From positions 1-61,165 of the forward strand of contig CAZNRG010000001.1 in NCBI GenBank assembly GCA_964575725.1: a stretch of 61,165 nucleotides of DNA. The letters run 5' to 3'. The notes beneath the pieces were generated by a model. The model was not told the origin of the DNA and made no database searches. It saw nothing but the letters and a program-made list of their open reading frames with translations. The position numbers were made by a program, and so were the translations under genes. Origin of the DNA: Candidatus Hadarchaeota archaeon (GTDB taxonomy: Archaea > Hadarchaeota > Hadarchaeia > Hadarchaeales > Hadarchaeaceae). Below are positions 37,260 through 46,426 of this stretch, piece after piece. How positions within the stretch are numbered: position 1 is the first letter of the stretch; each line of letters begins with the position of its first letter.

Positions 37260-37517
37260 ATGCAAAAGCTAGCGCTGATCCACCGCGAGATATTGAGGAG
37301 GATGTTTGTCCATCATTATATTGGTGGGCGCCACACCGACGAAAAAAACGTGATCAAATTTCTGCCAAAGCACGAGCGTGGGATCGGTAAGGACGCTCTC
37401 GATGACTTAATTAAGTGGGGGTTTGTAATGGAGAAGATTACGAGCTATGGTAGGCATGTCTCGTTAAATCCCAGAGCAATAGGGGAGGTTCGCTCTATTT
37501 TAATTGAGGAGCAATAA
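37260..37517 (+). CDS. Hypothetical small winged-helix-like protein (85 aa)
   Basis: ORF only. ALDDLIKWGFVMEKITSYGRHVSLNP resembles a wHTH recognition helix plus wing. Confidence 0.4.
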   Translation: MQKLALIHREILRRMFVHHYIGGRHTDEKNVIKFLPKHERGIGKDALDDLIKWGFVMEKITSYGRHVSLNPRAIGEVRSILIEEQ

Positions 37518-37530
37518 ACTTGGTGAGCGC

Positions 37531-38094
37531 ATGCACTTGGTTATCGCTATCACGGGATCCAGCGGCGTTGTCTATGGCGCGAGACTAATCGGGGCATGCA
37601 AGGAACTGAATATTGAAACTGATTTAGTTGTTTCACGTGCCGCTGAAACCATTCTGAAATTCGAACTCGGAAAAAGTGTTGAAGAGCTTTGGGGGTTAGC
37701 AACACGGGGCTACTCGCCCGATGACCTCGCGGCCCCCCCGGCTAGCGGCTCCTACCTCGTCGACGGCATGGTGATCGTGCCCTGCAGCATGAAAACACTG
37801 GGGGCTATAGCCAGCGGCGTGACGGCTGACCTCATCTCGCGAGCGGCTGATGTCACGCTAAAACAAAATCGTCCCCTTGTGCTAGCCCCTAGGGAAACGC
37901 CACTCAACCTCATCCATCTCGAAAACATGGCCAAGCTCCGGCGCGCCGGGGCGACAATCCTGCCAGCCGCGCCAGCATTTTACCACAAACCCAAGGCGAT
38001 TCCTGACCTGGTCGATTTCATCGTCGGGCGAATCCTCGATGTGCTTGGGGTCGAACACCAACTCTATCAGCGGTGGCAGGGGTATCAAAAGTAG
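37531..38094 (+). CDS. ubiX: Flavin prenyltransferase UbiX
   Basis: MHLVIAITGSSGVVYGARL, VPCSMKTLGAIASG, PLVLAPRETPL and ILPAAPAFYHKP. Confidence 0.85.
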   Translation: MHLVIAITGSSGVVYGARLIGACKELNIETDLVVSRAAETILKFELGKSVEELWGLATRGYSPDDLAAPPASGSYLVDGMVIVPCSMKTLGAIASGVTADLISRAADVTLKQNRPLVLAPRETPLNLIHLENMAKLRRAGATILPAAPAFYHKPKAIPDLVDFIVGRILDVLGVEHQLYQRWQGYQK

Positions 38095-38100
38095 GCGGGG

Positions 38101-39267
38101 ATGGAGATGAAGGAACCCCCGGTTGCGAAATTTGAGTGCCCCAGCTGCAGGTACTCTGACTACCGGATGTCGACGCGAGAGATAGGTGAGCTCGCCCTTA
38201 ACGAATGCCCCAAATGCGGTAAAGATCTAAAAGTCGTCGCCAGAGAGCCGCCCAAGTGGCTGGCTGAACCGCTGGGGCTCGTGGCAAAGCATTTCGAGAT
38301 TTCGGATTTCGCCGCTTCAAAAGACCGGGTAGAACTCGAGGTGGCCGCGCGCGACTCGAAGCGATCATTTCGTTCTTTATTAGACTCCGCCAAGCGGAAA
38401 GGCTACCTACCCGTGATGCGCGGACGCGAGGGCGAACTCAGGTTGATGATGATGAAGTATCCGCGCATTAGCAGGGGAAACGTCGCAGTGAATTTGATCC
38501 TCTTGGGTGCGACTTTTCTGACGACCTTCGCGGCTGGCTACTTCCTGATCTTTGGGGGGGAGGTTCTATACGCTGCCCTGTTCTCCGCTGCGATTATGCT
38601 GATGCTGGGGGCGCATGAGCTCGGTCACAAAATTGCGGCGTGGCGAAATGGGGTTGAGTCGACCTTGCCTTATTTTATTCCGGCGCCAACAATACTCGGC
38701 ACTTTGGGGGCAGTAATTAGAATCAAGAGTCCAATCCCAACAAAAGAGGCATTAGTTGAGATGGGCGCATACGGACCCTTATTTGGATTTTTGGTGGCCC
38801 TCCCACTCACCACTATCGGTCTGATGCTGTCCAAACCCGACCCCGGAGGCTTCTCCCTTTGGTTCACGCCGGCGATATTCGCCGTGCTGCAGATACTCAC
38901 TTTCGGTCATGTGCCTACTGGCATGCAGATCAACCCACTCGCATTCGCAGGATGGGTGATGCTTCTCGTGACGATGTTCAACTTGCTCCCTGCTGGGCAG
39001 CTCGATGGGGGGCATGTCGCGCGAGGACTGATGGGCCGGGAGCGGCACTACGGGGTCACCCGCATGCTCGGCTTCGGCCTCCTTATCTTTGGCTTCTTCT
39101 TCCCCCAGCTCCCCCTCTGGATATTCGGTTTACTCATCCTCCTCCTGTTTAGGGGATATCATATAGGGGCACTCGACGATGTTTCAAAGCTATCGAAGCG
39201 CCAGAAATGGCTCGCCGCGGGGACCTTCATCGTATTCCTGCTGTGCATGCCAATACCAATGGGTTGA
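38101..39267 (+). CDS. Site-2 protease (peptidase M50) with N-terminal four-Cys zinc ribbon
   Basis: It has HELGHKIAA (HExxH in a TM helix), a downstream NLLPAGQLDGGH motif, and an N-terminal CPSC...CPKC. Confidence 0.75.
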   Translation: MEMKEPPVAKFECPSCRYSDYRMSTREIGELALNECPKCGKDLKVVAREPPKWLAEPLGLVAKHFEISDFAASKDRVELEVAARDSKRSFRSLLDSAKRKGYLPVMRGREGELRLMMMKYPRISRGNVAVNLILLGATFLTTFAAGYFLIFGGEVLYAALFSAAIMLMLGAHELGHKIAAWRNGVESTLPYFIPAPTILGTLGAVIRIKSPIPTKEALVEMGAYGPLFGFLVALPLTTIGLMLSKPDPGGFSLWFTPAIFAVLQILTFGHVPTGMQINPLAFAGWVMLLVTMFNLLPAGQLDGGHVARGLMGRERHYGVTRMLGFGLLIFGFFFPQLPLWIFGLLILLLFRGYHIGALDDVSKLSKRQKWLAAGTFIVFLLCMPIPMG

Positions 39268-39312
39268 CCGATAATTACATAATCTCGTTGATACAAGGGC
39301 TCTGGTGTTTGC

Positions 39313-39903
39313 ATGAGGGGGAAGTTCGTCACAGTCGAAGGGGTTGACGGTTGCGGTAAGAGTACTCACGCTAGGCTGCTTGCGGGGTGGCTCCGCTCCC
39401 GCGGCTACAAAGTGGTCATTACAGATGAGCCAACGAACGCCACGATTGGGAAAATTATCAAGAGGGTACTAAAGGGAGAGCTCAAACTGCCTATTACTGC
39501 TGAGGCGTTGCTATTCGCCGCCGATAGATTACAACACGTTGTAGATGTTATCGAACCAGCCTTAAAGGCGGGGAAAGTGGTGTTGAACGAGCGGTACGTT
39601 TACTCGTCGCTTGCATACCAATCCGCGCGGGGGGTGCCAGTGAGCTGGATAGCCTCGATAAATAAACATGCCCTCAAACCAGATTTAACTATCTTACTCA
39701 ATGTGCCCGCTAGGGCAGCGTTTGCTCGGATAAAACCATCCCGCAAACTGGACGAATTCGAAAGAAACCTGCGGCTTCAAAGGCGAGTGCGTCAGAATTA
39801 CCTGCGCATCGCCAAGCGAGAGGGACTAAAAGTCGTTGACGGCACTCGCCCACGTGATGAAGTCCAAGCAGACTTGAGGAAGCTCGTCAGCGCTGTGCTG
39901 TGA
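39313..39903 (+). CDS. tmk: Thymidylate kinase
   Basis: FVTVEGVDGCGKST (P-loop), TDEPT, DRLQH and RYVYSSLAYQ. Confidence 0.85.
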   Translation: MRGKFVTVEGVDGCGKSTHARLLAGWLRSRGYKVVITDEPTNATIGKIIKRVLKGELKLPITAEALLFAADRLQHVVDVIEPALKAGKVVLNERYVYSSLAYQSARGVPVSWIASINKHALKPDLTILLNVPARAAFARIKPSRKLDEFERNLRLQRRVRQNYLRIAKREGLKVVDGTRPRDEVQADLRKLVSAVL

Positions 39904-39919
39904 TTATAAGGAGTGGAAA

Positions 39920-40321
39920 TTGTTGAAAGTAGTTTTAGATACGAATGTTTTCATCGCTGCCTATTTTAACCAAAAAAGCGCTTCGGCGCGAATCATTGAC
40001 CTCTGCCTCAAGAACGAGCATGAATTAATTTTTTCCTCTCGCCTTCGCAAGGAAGCGGAGTTGATTTTGAGAAACGTGCGAGCTGGGAGAGAGTTTCAGG
40101 AGAGAATAATAGAACTTTTCACGAACGCCTGCCACGTTAGGCCAACTCAAAAAGTTTTCGCAATCAAGGAGGACCCAGACGATAACAAATTCTTGGAATG
40201 CGCCCTCGAGGGGAAAGCGGACTACTTGATCACCTCCGATAAACACTTGCTAGAACTTGGAGAGTTCGGCCAAACAAAAATCCGCAAACCAACCCAGTTT
40301 TTTGAATCGCAGCGTGCTTGA
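39920..40321 (+). CDS. PIN-domain protein (PIN_3/TIGR00305-like predicted toxin) with no adjacent antitoxin
   Basis: VVLDTNVFIAA..., EDPDDNKFLECA and ADYLITSDKHLL. TTG start after AAGGAGTGG. Confidence 0.65.
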   Translation: MLKVVLDTNVFIAAYFNQKSASARIIDLCLKNEHELIFSSRLRKEAELILRNVRAGREFQERIIELFTNACHVRPTQKVFAIKEDPDDNKFLECALEGKADYLITSDKHLLELGEFGQTKIRKPTQFFESQRA

Positions 40322-40324
40322 TGT

Positions 40325-41635
40325 TTACATGCTTATTTGGGCCGCAAAAGGAAGCTTTTTGAAAACACCTGCAGCCGCGCGCTCGACCTTGGCTCGATGT
40401 TCGGGAAGGGTGTAGACGCGAATGATGTCTATGTAGCCCTTGAGTACGTTGATCAAGCGGGAGTAGCTCGAAAGCTGCACGAGCTCCTTCTCCCCATTGT
40501 TGGCCACTCTGAATACTGGCACTTCCATCGGGTCTATCTCTCGTGGGTAGTATGGAATCGAGTCGAGCGTTGGAACATCGACGACCACGTGCTCAGGGTC
40601 AACGCCCGCGCGCTTCGCTATGTCGAGCTCCTTCTGGTGGCGTACTGCCTCATCGCTGAGCAGCTTCGCCACGTATGGGTCACGGATGTGGACATCGCGC
40701 TGGTAGGCTGCCTTCAACAGGTTCCTGTTATCAAGCCTTGCCATCGTGGCTTTTGCCAGCTCAGCCAACTTGCGCTTCTCTGGGTCCTTAAGCTCCTTAG
40801 TGTAGAGCTCGCGCAACCTTGTCGTTACGTATGCATCATCCATCAACAAAAATTCGTCAACATCTTTGAAAGTCGTGAGTCCGATGAGTTCGTGAGCGTA
40901 ATCCATCGCCTTGTGGAGCAGAATTTCAGCGGCTCGGACGGCGCGATGGTAATAAACTGCGAGGAACATCTCGTAGCGGGCAATCATGAATGCCTCAAGC
41001 GCGTAGAGTGCCTTCATATCAATCGCAATGTCCTCGCCACAAACGTCCATCGCTTGAACTAGACGACTTGTATCGATGCGCCCGTACTCGACGCCCGTAA
41101 AGTAGGAGTCGCGCACGAGGAAGTCCAGTTTATCGGCGTCGACTTGGCTGGCGGTGATCTGATGCAGATAGCGCTTGCTCCCCGCCCCCTTGCCGAACGT
41201 TAGCTCGATTACATCCTTCGGTTCAAACCCGCACTCCTTAAGCGCGTCCGCCAGCTCACTTTTTTCTATAATCTCTTTCCCCATCTGCTCGTGATTGAGC
41301 CCGCGATACTTGATGGCGACCTCCTCGTATGAATGCGAGAAGGGGCCGTGGCCGATGTCATGCAACAAGCCAGCCAAGCGCACGAGCTGCCACTCGTCGT
41401 TCGAGATTTCGATGCCGCTTCTCAAACTATCGGCTATCTGTCCTGCAACGTGCATTGCGCCAAGCGCGTGAGAGAATCGTGTGTGGTCGCCGCCAGGGTA
41501 AACTACAGAGGCGATCGAAAGCTGCTTAATCCCACGTAGCCGCTGGACTGGCCAAGTATCGATGATGCAGCGCTCTATATCGGTCATGCCAACGTAGCCG
41601 TGGATTGGATCCCTAACGTGTTTGACTAACATCAC
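40325..41635 (-). CDS. HD-domain phosphohydrolase (SAMHD1/dGTPase-like, COG1078 type)
   Basis: VRDPIHGYV...VQRLRGIKQL, HTRFSHALG, LAGLLHDIGHGPFSH and DADKLDFLVRDSYFTG. Confidence 0.75.
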   Translation of the reverse strand: MMLVKHVRDPIHGYVGMTDIERCIIDTWPVQRLRGIKQLSIASVVYPGGDHTRFSHALGAMHVAGQIADSLRSGIEISNDEWQLVRLAGLLHDIGHGPFSHSYEEVAIKYRGLNHEQMGKEIIEKSELADALKECGFEPKDVIELTFGKGAGSKRYLHQITASQVDADKLDFLVRDSYFTGVEYGRIDTSRLVQAMDVCGEDIAIDMKALYALEAFMIARYEMFLAVYYHRAVRAAEILLHKAMDYAHELIGLTTFKDVDEFLLMDDAYVTTRLRELYTKELKDPEKRKLAELAKATMARLDNRNLLKAAYQRDVHIRDPYVAKLLSDEAVRHQKELDIAKRAGVDPEHVVVDVPTLDSIPYYPREIDPMEVPVFRVANNGEKELVQLSSYSRLINVLKGYIDIIRVYTLPEHRAKVERAAAGVFKKLPFAAQISM

Positions 41636-42855
41636 TGTAGCTTAGAGCGACGACTCTTTAAACCTTTTACAGGGAAAAAGGGAGTTGCGCGGCCTGCTAA
41701 CACCCTGTGGTAAGTCTTGAGCAGTTTTTTAATCAGAAACGTCCAGTTAAACCTCTTGACTTTCTCCTTGCCCTTTACTCCAACGCGCTCCATCGCCCGG
41801 GGGTGATCAAAGAGATAGTTTATTCCACACGCTATTGATTTTGGGCGAGGGCGAACTTTAACTCCATTCACCAAATTTTTAATGTTTTCCCCAAGACCGC
41901 CAACATCCGTTGCTACGACTGGTCTTCCTGCTGCCCACGCCTCGAGCAACACTATGCCGAAGGGCTCGTTCCTGCTCGGGATGCAAACGATATCGCATGT
42001 ATTCAGGAGATCGACGTATCGCCTGTAAGGAATCCACCCCAAAAACCTCACAGCACCCGTTATGCCAATCTTTCGGGCCCTGCGCCTAAGATAGTTCCCC
42101 ATCGTCCCCCTCCCCGCGAGCAAGAATTTGACATCGGCTCGATTTTCGAGAACCCTAGGAATTGCGTCAATCAGTAGGTCCGGTCCTTTCTGGTATTCCA
42201 GCCTGCCGATAAACAAAACTGTGGGAGCAAACGAGGGGATACCGTATTTCTTCTTTACCTTATTTAGGTCCACATCTTTTCGATATTTTCGGGGGGAGAT
42301 AGCATTTGGGATGATGTCGACTTTTTCACGTGGAACCTTATACAGTCGACACAGCTCTTTCCTCATAGTTCTTGACACCGTAATAATCCTGTCGGAAATC
42401 CGCCCACCTAGTCCCTCCCTAGCGGAGATTTCCTTAAATTCACGTTGGGTGCTGAGTGTCCCACCCAGGCGACCATACTCGCTTGAGTGGTAGCTGAGCA
42501 CGACTAGATTGCCCTCCTTTTTGAGCTCATACAGCGCATCCGCAACGTGCCAATCATGCCCGTGAATGATGTCGAACTTTCCGCTGTGTCTCACCACAGC
42601 GTGGAACTCCTTCACTATCGCCTTCGACATGTTCGAGAAAAATGATACGATGCCTTTCCCTGGATCAAACTTGCACCTACAGTAGTTAACATCGTTGATC
42701 TTCGCATGCTTGCTCTGGCCTTCGGCCGCCCTCGTGAATAAGTAAACGTCGTGCCCCTTTTTTGCAAGCTCTTCGGCCATTCGGGTGACTACTACCCCAA
42801 GCCCCCCCACGTGGACTGAGTGCAGCGACTCCCAAGCGAGAATTGCTATTCGCAT
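41632..42855 (-). CDS. GT-B glycosyltransferase, glycogen-synthase-like
   Basis: MRIAILAWES...VGGLGVVV, HDWH, FIGRLEYQKG and PSRNEPFGIVLLEA. ATG at 42855. Confidence 0.7.
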   Translation of the reverse strand: MRIAILAWESLHSVHVGGLGVVVTRMAEELAKKGHDVYLFTRAAEGQSKHAKINDVNYCRCKFDPGKGIVSFFSNMSKAIVKEFHAVVRHSGKFDIIHGHDWHVADALYELKKEGNLVVLSYHSSEYGRLGGTLSTQREFKEISAREGLGGRISDRIITVSRTMRKELCRLYKVPREKVDIIPNAISPRKYRKDVDLNKVKKKYGIPSFAPTVLFIGRLEYQKGPDLLIDAIPRVLENRADVKFLLAGRGTMGNYLRRRARKIGITGAVRFLGWIPYRRYVDLLNTCDIVCIPSRNEPFGIVLLEAWAAGRPVVATDVGGLGENIKNLVNGVKVRPRPKSIACGINYLFDHPRAMERVGVKGKEKVKRFNWTFLIKKLLKTYHRVLAGRATPFFPVKGLKSRRSKLQ

Positions 42856-42882
42856 CCCAACCACTGCCAGTTTAAATGAAAC

Positions 42883-44133
42883 TCAAGATTCAGTTACGCC
42901 TGCCACCTGTTCGTATATGCTCGCGGTTTCAGCTGCCACCTTATCGAGAGTGAAATTTTCAAGTACCCTCTTTCGTGCGTTTTTTCCGAGCTTCTCCTTC
43001 AAATTTTCATCTTTAAGAAATTCTATTGCAAATTTGGCTATGTCGTATGGCTCATACGGATTGATGTGGGCCCCGCATCTGTCTGGGCCCCCGTCGACAA
43101 CTTGCTCCCTGAGGCCCGATGTTCCCGTTCCTCCGACTATCACCGGCTTTCCCATGCTCATCGCCTCGGTGCAGACGATACCAAATGGTTCATACTTCGA
43201 TGGAGTAACCACGAGATCACTCGCCGCGTAATAAAGCAATCGATTTTTTTCGCTCACATATTCAAACTTCAATATCACGTTATCTTGGATGCCCAGATGC
43301 TCAACGAGGTGTTTGATCATCCCTTCCTGCTCCCCCTTCCCGATGAGCACGAGCTTGGCATTTGGTACCTCTTTTAAAATTGCCTGCATAGCGTGCACCA
43401 ACGTGTCCGCCCCTTTTATCCAAGAGAGCCTCCCGACGAACAAAATCAGCTGGGAATTTCCCACCCCTATTTTCTCCTTGAACGCGCGAATTTTTTCATC
43501 CGAGAATTTTGCTGGATTGTACTTTTTGATATCTACTCCGTTCCACACCACCCGAATTTTCCTCTCCTCATATCCTAGCGAGATGAGTTCATCGCGCATC
43601 GCGTAGCTCACAGTTATTATCACATCAGCACCCTTGCCCGCCATTCTCTCCACAGTCTTGATAGTCGGGGACCCGTCACCAGTTCTCCCATGTTCGGTGG
43701 AATGAAAGTGGAGGATGAATGGTTTGTTGAGGGATTTCTTACATGTAATCCCAGCAATTGCAGACAACCAATCGTGAGCGACAACCACATCGAAATTTCG
43801 CTTGTCTGATTTCACCAAGAGGTTTATCGTTTTTGTTGCGGCGAGGATGTTGTACATAAACACTTCCGCGAAGAAGTTTTGCTCCTTCACGGGCCATCTC
43901 TTCACATCTTCGGGCACGATCACTGGGAGCAAGTCAGTTAAATCTGCAAGCAGTGGGCGATGCACCTCCACGCCTTCGTACAAGTCCCTGGTTATCGCGT
44001 CGCCTGGGTTTTTCGAAAAAATTGTAACACTGTGCCCTAGCCTCGCAAACCTGCGCGCCATCTCGAAAGCGTAAGTGCCCAAGCCCCCTACAAAATGGGG
44101 TGGGAACTCGTACGATAAGTACAGGATGTTCAT
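42883..44133 (-). CDS. GT4-family glycosyltransferase
   Basis: MNILYLSYEFPPHFVGGLGTYA, AHDW, FVGRLSWIKG and PSKYEPFGIVCTEAM. Confidence 0.75.
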   Translation of the reverse strand: MNILYLSYEFPPHFVGGLGTYAFEMARRFARLGHSVTIFSKNPGDAITRDLYEGVEVHRPLLADLTDLLPVIVPEDVKRWPVKEQNFFAEVFMYNILAATKTINLLVKSDKRNFDVVVAHDWLSAIAGITCKKSLNKPFILHFHSTEHGRTGDGSPTIKTVERMAGKGADVIITVSYAMRDELISLGYEERKIRVVWNGVDIKKYNPAKFSDEKIRAFKEKIGVGNSQLILFVGRLSWIKGADTLVHAMQAILKEVPNAKLVLIGKGEQEGMIKHLVEHLGIQDNVILKFEYVSEKNRLLYYAASDLVVTPSKYEPFGIVCTEAMSMGKPVIVGGTGTSGLREQVVDGGPDRCGAHINPYEPYDIAKFAIEFLKDENLKEKLGKNARKRVLENFTLDKVAAETASIYEQVAGVTES

Positions 44134-44219
44134 TCATGCCCCCATACATCCAGAGCTAATGGGGATAAAATCCTTTGGTTTCGAAAGATGTAAAAGTGAG
44201 GCAGATAAATTGAGCATGC

Positions 44220-45587
44220 ATGCGAAAGATATCATTATGTGTGAGCTCTCAAACCCCTCCGATACGATTTAAGCTAGATTCTGACGCGCTGTTCGAAAAA
44301 TACGGAGAACTCTCGGAACCAATGCCGCTAAGAGCGCTTTTGGGGGGCGAGGACTTTGATTACACACCTGGCGGGGTCACTGGTATGGTCGCCCCCATGC
44401 TACAATGGATGTATAAAGAAGAAAAAATCCGGGCGCCTCACTGGGTGGCGATAAACCCTATGGGGCCTGCGATGACATCGTTCGGCGGGATAGTACTACA
44501 CCGAATCGAGATGGAACCTGGCGAGCTGGCCGGGTATGGGTACTTCAAAGAGGCGATGTGGAAAAATGTGCATGGATTGGAACAAACGTGGATCCCCCGC
44601 AGGCACTTCGCCGATTACGCTTTGTTCAACTGGCTCTACGCTAAGAAGATTATGGATCTGCACTCGGAAATCGAGTTCGACTTATTTTATGTGCACGATT
44701 TCCAGTTGCTTTTGGTCGGATCGATGACCGGCCCATCAGCGCGCAAGATCTTTCGATGGCACATCCCCCTTAACATGAAAAAAATGGCCCCGGGATGGAG
44801 GACTCTTTTGCTCAGGTATCTGGATGACTACGACGCCATCATAGTGAGCTGTAAAAAATATAAGCGGAGTTTGTCGAAAGCCGGTTTCAAGGGCAGGGTA
44901 TATCAAATATACCCCCACATCGACGAGCAAGCGCATGGTCAAGTGTCGGATGCAAAAGTCAGACAGTTTTGCGAAAGATTTGGGATCAGCGATGACGATA
45001 AGATAATTCTGGAGGTTGCTCGCCTCGATCCAATAAAAGGTCAAGATACTGCAGTGCGGGCCTTAGCACGAGTCGCCAAACGTTTCCCCCGCACGAAACT
45101 CGTGTTTGTCGGCAATGGCAGTTTCTCAAGTGCCCGCAAGGGAGGGTTGGGGCTCCCAAAAGGGATGAGGTGGTTAGACAGGTTGGAGCGGCTGGCGAGC
45201 AAGCTCGGCGTTCGCCAGAAAATCATCTTCACCAGATACTTGACCGGAGACGAGTTAAGGGCTGCTTACACGCGAGCCGATGTGGTTGTCCTACCCTCTG
45301 TGTTGGAAGGTTTTGGGCTAGCCGTGCTCGAGGGGTGGCGGTACAAAAAACCCGTCGTGGTAAGTTTGGGGGCCGGGGTATCTGAGCTCGTCACCGACGG
45401 GAAAAACGGCCGTGTCTTCCCCCCAAACGACCACGAAGAACTCGCAAGCAAGATAATCGGGGTGTTTTCGAAACCCGAGATGGCGGACGTGATGGGGAAG
45501 GAAGGATTCGAAACTGCGAAAGGGTGTTATCTCAAACGAGGCGCCCAATCCATTTTGAATGTCTTTTCTGAAGCACTCGGCAGATGA
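44220..45587 (+). CDS. TreT-like GT4 glycosyltransferase (possible trehalose glycosyltransferring synthase or related disaccharide synthase)
   Basis: GGVTGMVAPML, FDLFYVHDFQLLLV, KIFRWHIPL, VARLDPIKG and PSVLEGFGLAVLEG resemble the TreT layout (GGGVAE..., HDPQP, WRCHID, SRFDPWKG). Confidence 0.45.
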   Translation: MRKISLCVSSQTPPIRFKLDSDALFEKYGELSEPMPLRALLGGEDFDYTPGGVTGMVAPMLQWMYKEEKIRAPHWVAINPMGPAMTSFGGIVLHRIEMEPGELAGYGYFKEAMWKNVHGLEQTWIPRRHFADYALFNWLYAKKIMDLHSEIEFDLFYVHDFQLLLVGSMTGPSARKIFRWHIPLNMKKMAPGWRTLLLRYLDDYDAIIVSCKKYKRSLSKAGFKGRVYQIYPHIDEQAHGQVSDAKVRQFCERFGISDDDKIILEVARLDPIKGQDTAVRALARVAKRFPRTKLVFVGNGSFSSARKGGLGLPKGMRWLDRLERLASKLGVRQKIIFTRYLTGDELRAAYTRADVVVLPSVLEGFGLAVLEGWRYKKPVVVSLGAGVSELVTDGKNGRVFPPNDHEELASKIIGVFSKPEMADVMGKEGFETAKGCYLKRGAQSILNVFSEALGR

Positions 45588-46376
45588 TCACGCTATTTTG
45601 TATCCTGCCCTCTTTAAATGTCTGAGGATTGCCTCGCAAACATCCGACACTTTGAAAGGTCTCCACTTCAGATTCGTCGCACATATCCCCCATGGAGCGT
45701 GGTGCCCAACATCCTTGTTTTTTATTTTTGAATATTTCCACGTCCACATATGGGCTAAAGCAGTATCGATATCTGTGAATCCATGATCGCTGATGATCAA
45801 CGCATCGTCTTCATCATGTATGTGGGTTAACAAACATTCAGCCACTTTATCGTATAACTTGAGAACTGCCTCTTTACGATGCCAGTTGTGGTGCTGAAAA
45901 TGGTCGCTTTCGCTAAAGACGCTTGTGAAAACGTCGAAATCTATCCTGCCCCCCAATAAGCGTCCCACACACTTACACCACTCATCCAAACTATCAATCA
46001 TATGGTTTGTCTCAACGCCGCTGCATCTCCAGCTTAGGGGAGGTATCATCGCAGGGATGTGCCAAACCAAAAATTTTGCTCCTCCTTTTTCCCAAATGAA
46101 CTGTGCATTCGCGTCACCAGGGTGTGTCGCTCGTCCGTCTATGCCCTCCTTATACCCCCATATCCCGTGCTCCTCCGGCCTTTTTCCCGTGAAAATCGAT
46201 GTCCACAACATCGCCGAGTCAAATTTCCAAGGTCTCCTCGAATTCTCTATGTCGGCCCACATGATGGTTAGTGGGAATCTCTTCACCAGCTCTCTCCAGA
46301 ATTCTAGCTTATCTAAATTTTTCCTGATTGTGAAGTAGTCCACGCCGTCTAGCCCGAATATTTTTAGCTTGCGCAC
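45588..46376 (-). CDS. Alkaline-phosphatase-superfamily protein (nucleotide pyrophosphatase/phosphodiesterase-like), short form
   Basis: KIFGLDGVDY, SIFTGKRPEEHGIWG and LIISDHGF. These are the metal-ligand motifs of the NPP/AP fold. Confidence 0.55.
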   Translation of the reverse strand: MRKLKIFGLDGVDYFTIRKNLDKLEFWRELVKRFPLTIMWADIENSRRPWKFDSAMLWTSIFTGKRPEEHGIWGYKEGIDGRATHPGDANAQFIWEKGGAKFLVWHIPAMIPPLSWRCSGVETNHMIDSLDEWCKCVGRLLGGRIDFDVFTSVFSESDHFQHHNWHRKEAVLKLYDKVAECLLTHIHDEDDALIISDHGFTDIDTALAHMWTWKYSKIKNKDVGHHAPWGICATNLKWRPFKVSDVCEAILRHLKRAGYKIA

Positions 46377-46426
46377 GTTCGCCCCCCAGTTGCTAATGTT
46401 TATGATTGTTTTGTATCGTCCCCGAC

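Noticed and set aside
40337-41062. A 241-aa plus-strand ORF.
   Set aside because: It is antisense to the HD phosphohydrolase gene, which has strong motifs, and it has no motifs of its own. The same reasoning applies to 5694-6473, 26604-27164, 30797-31501 and 52342-53124.
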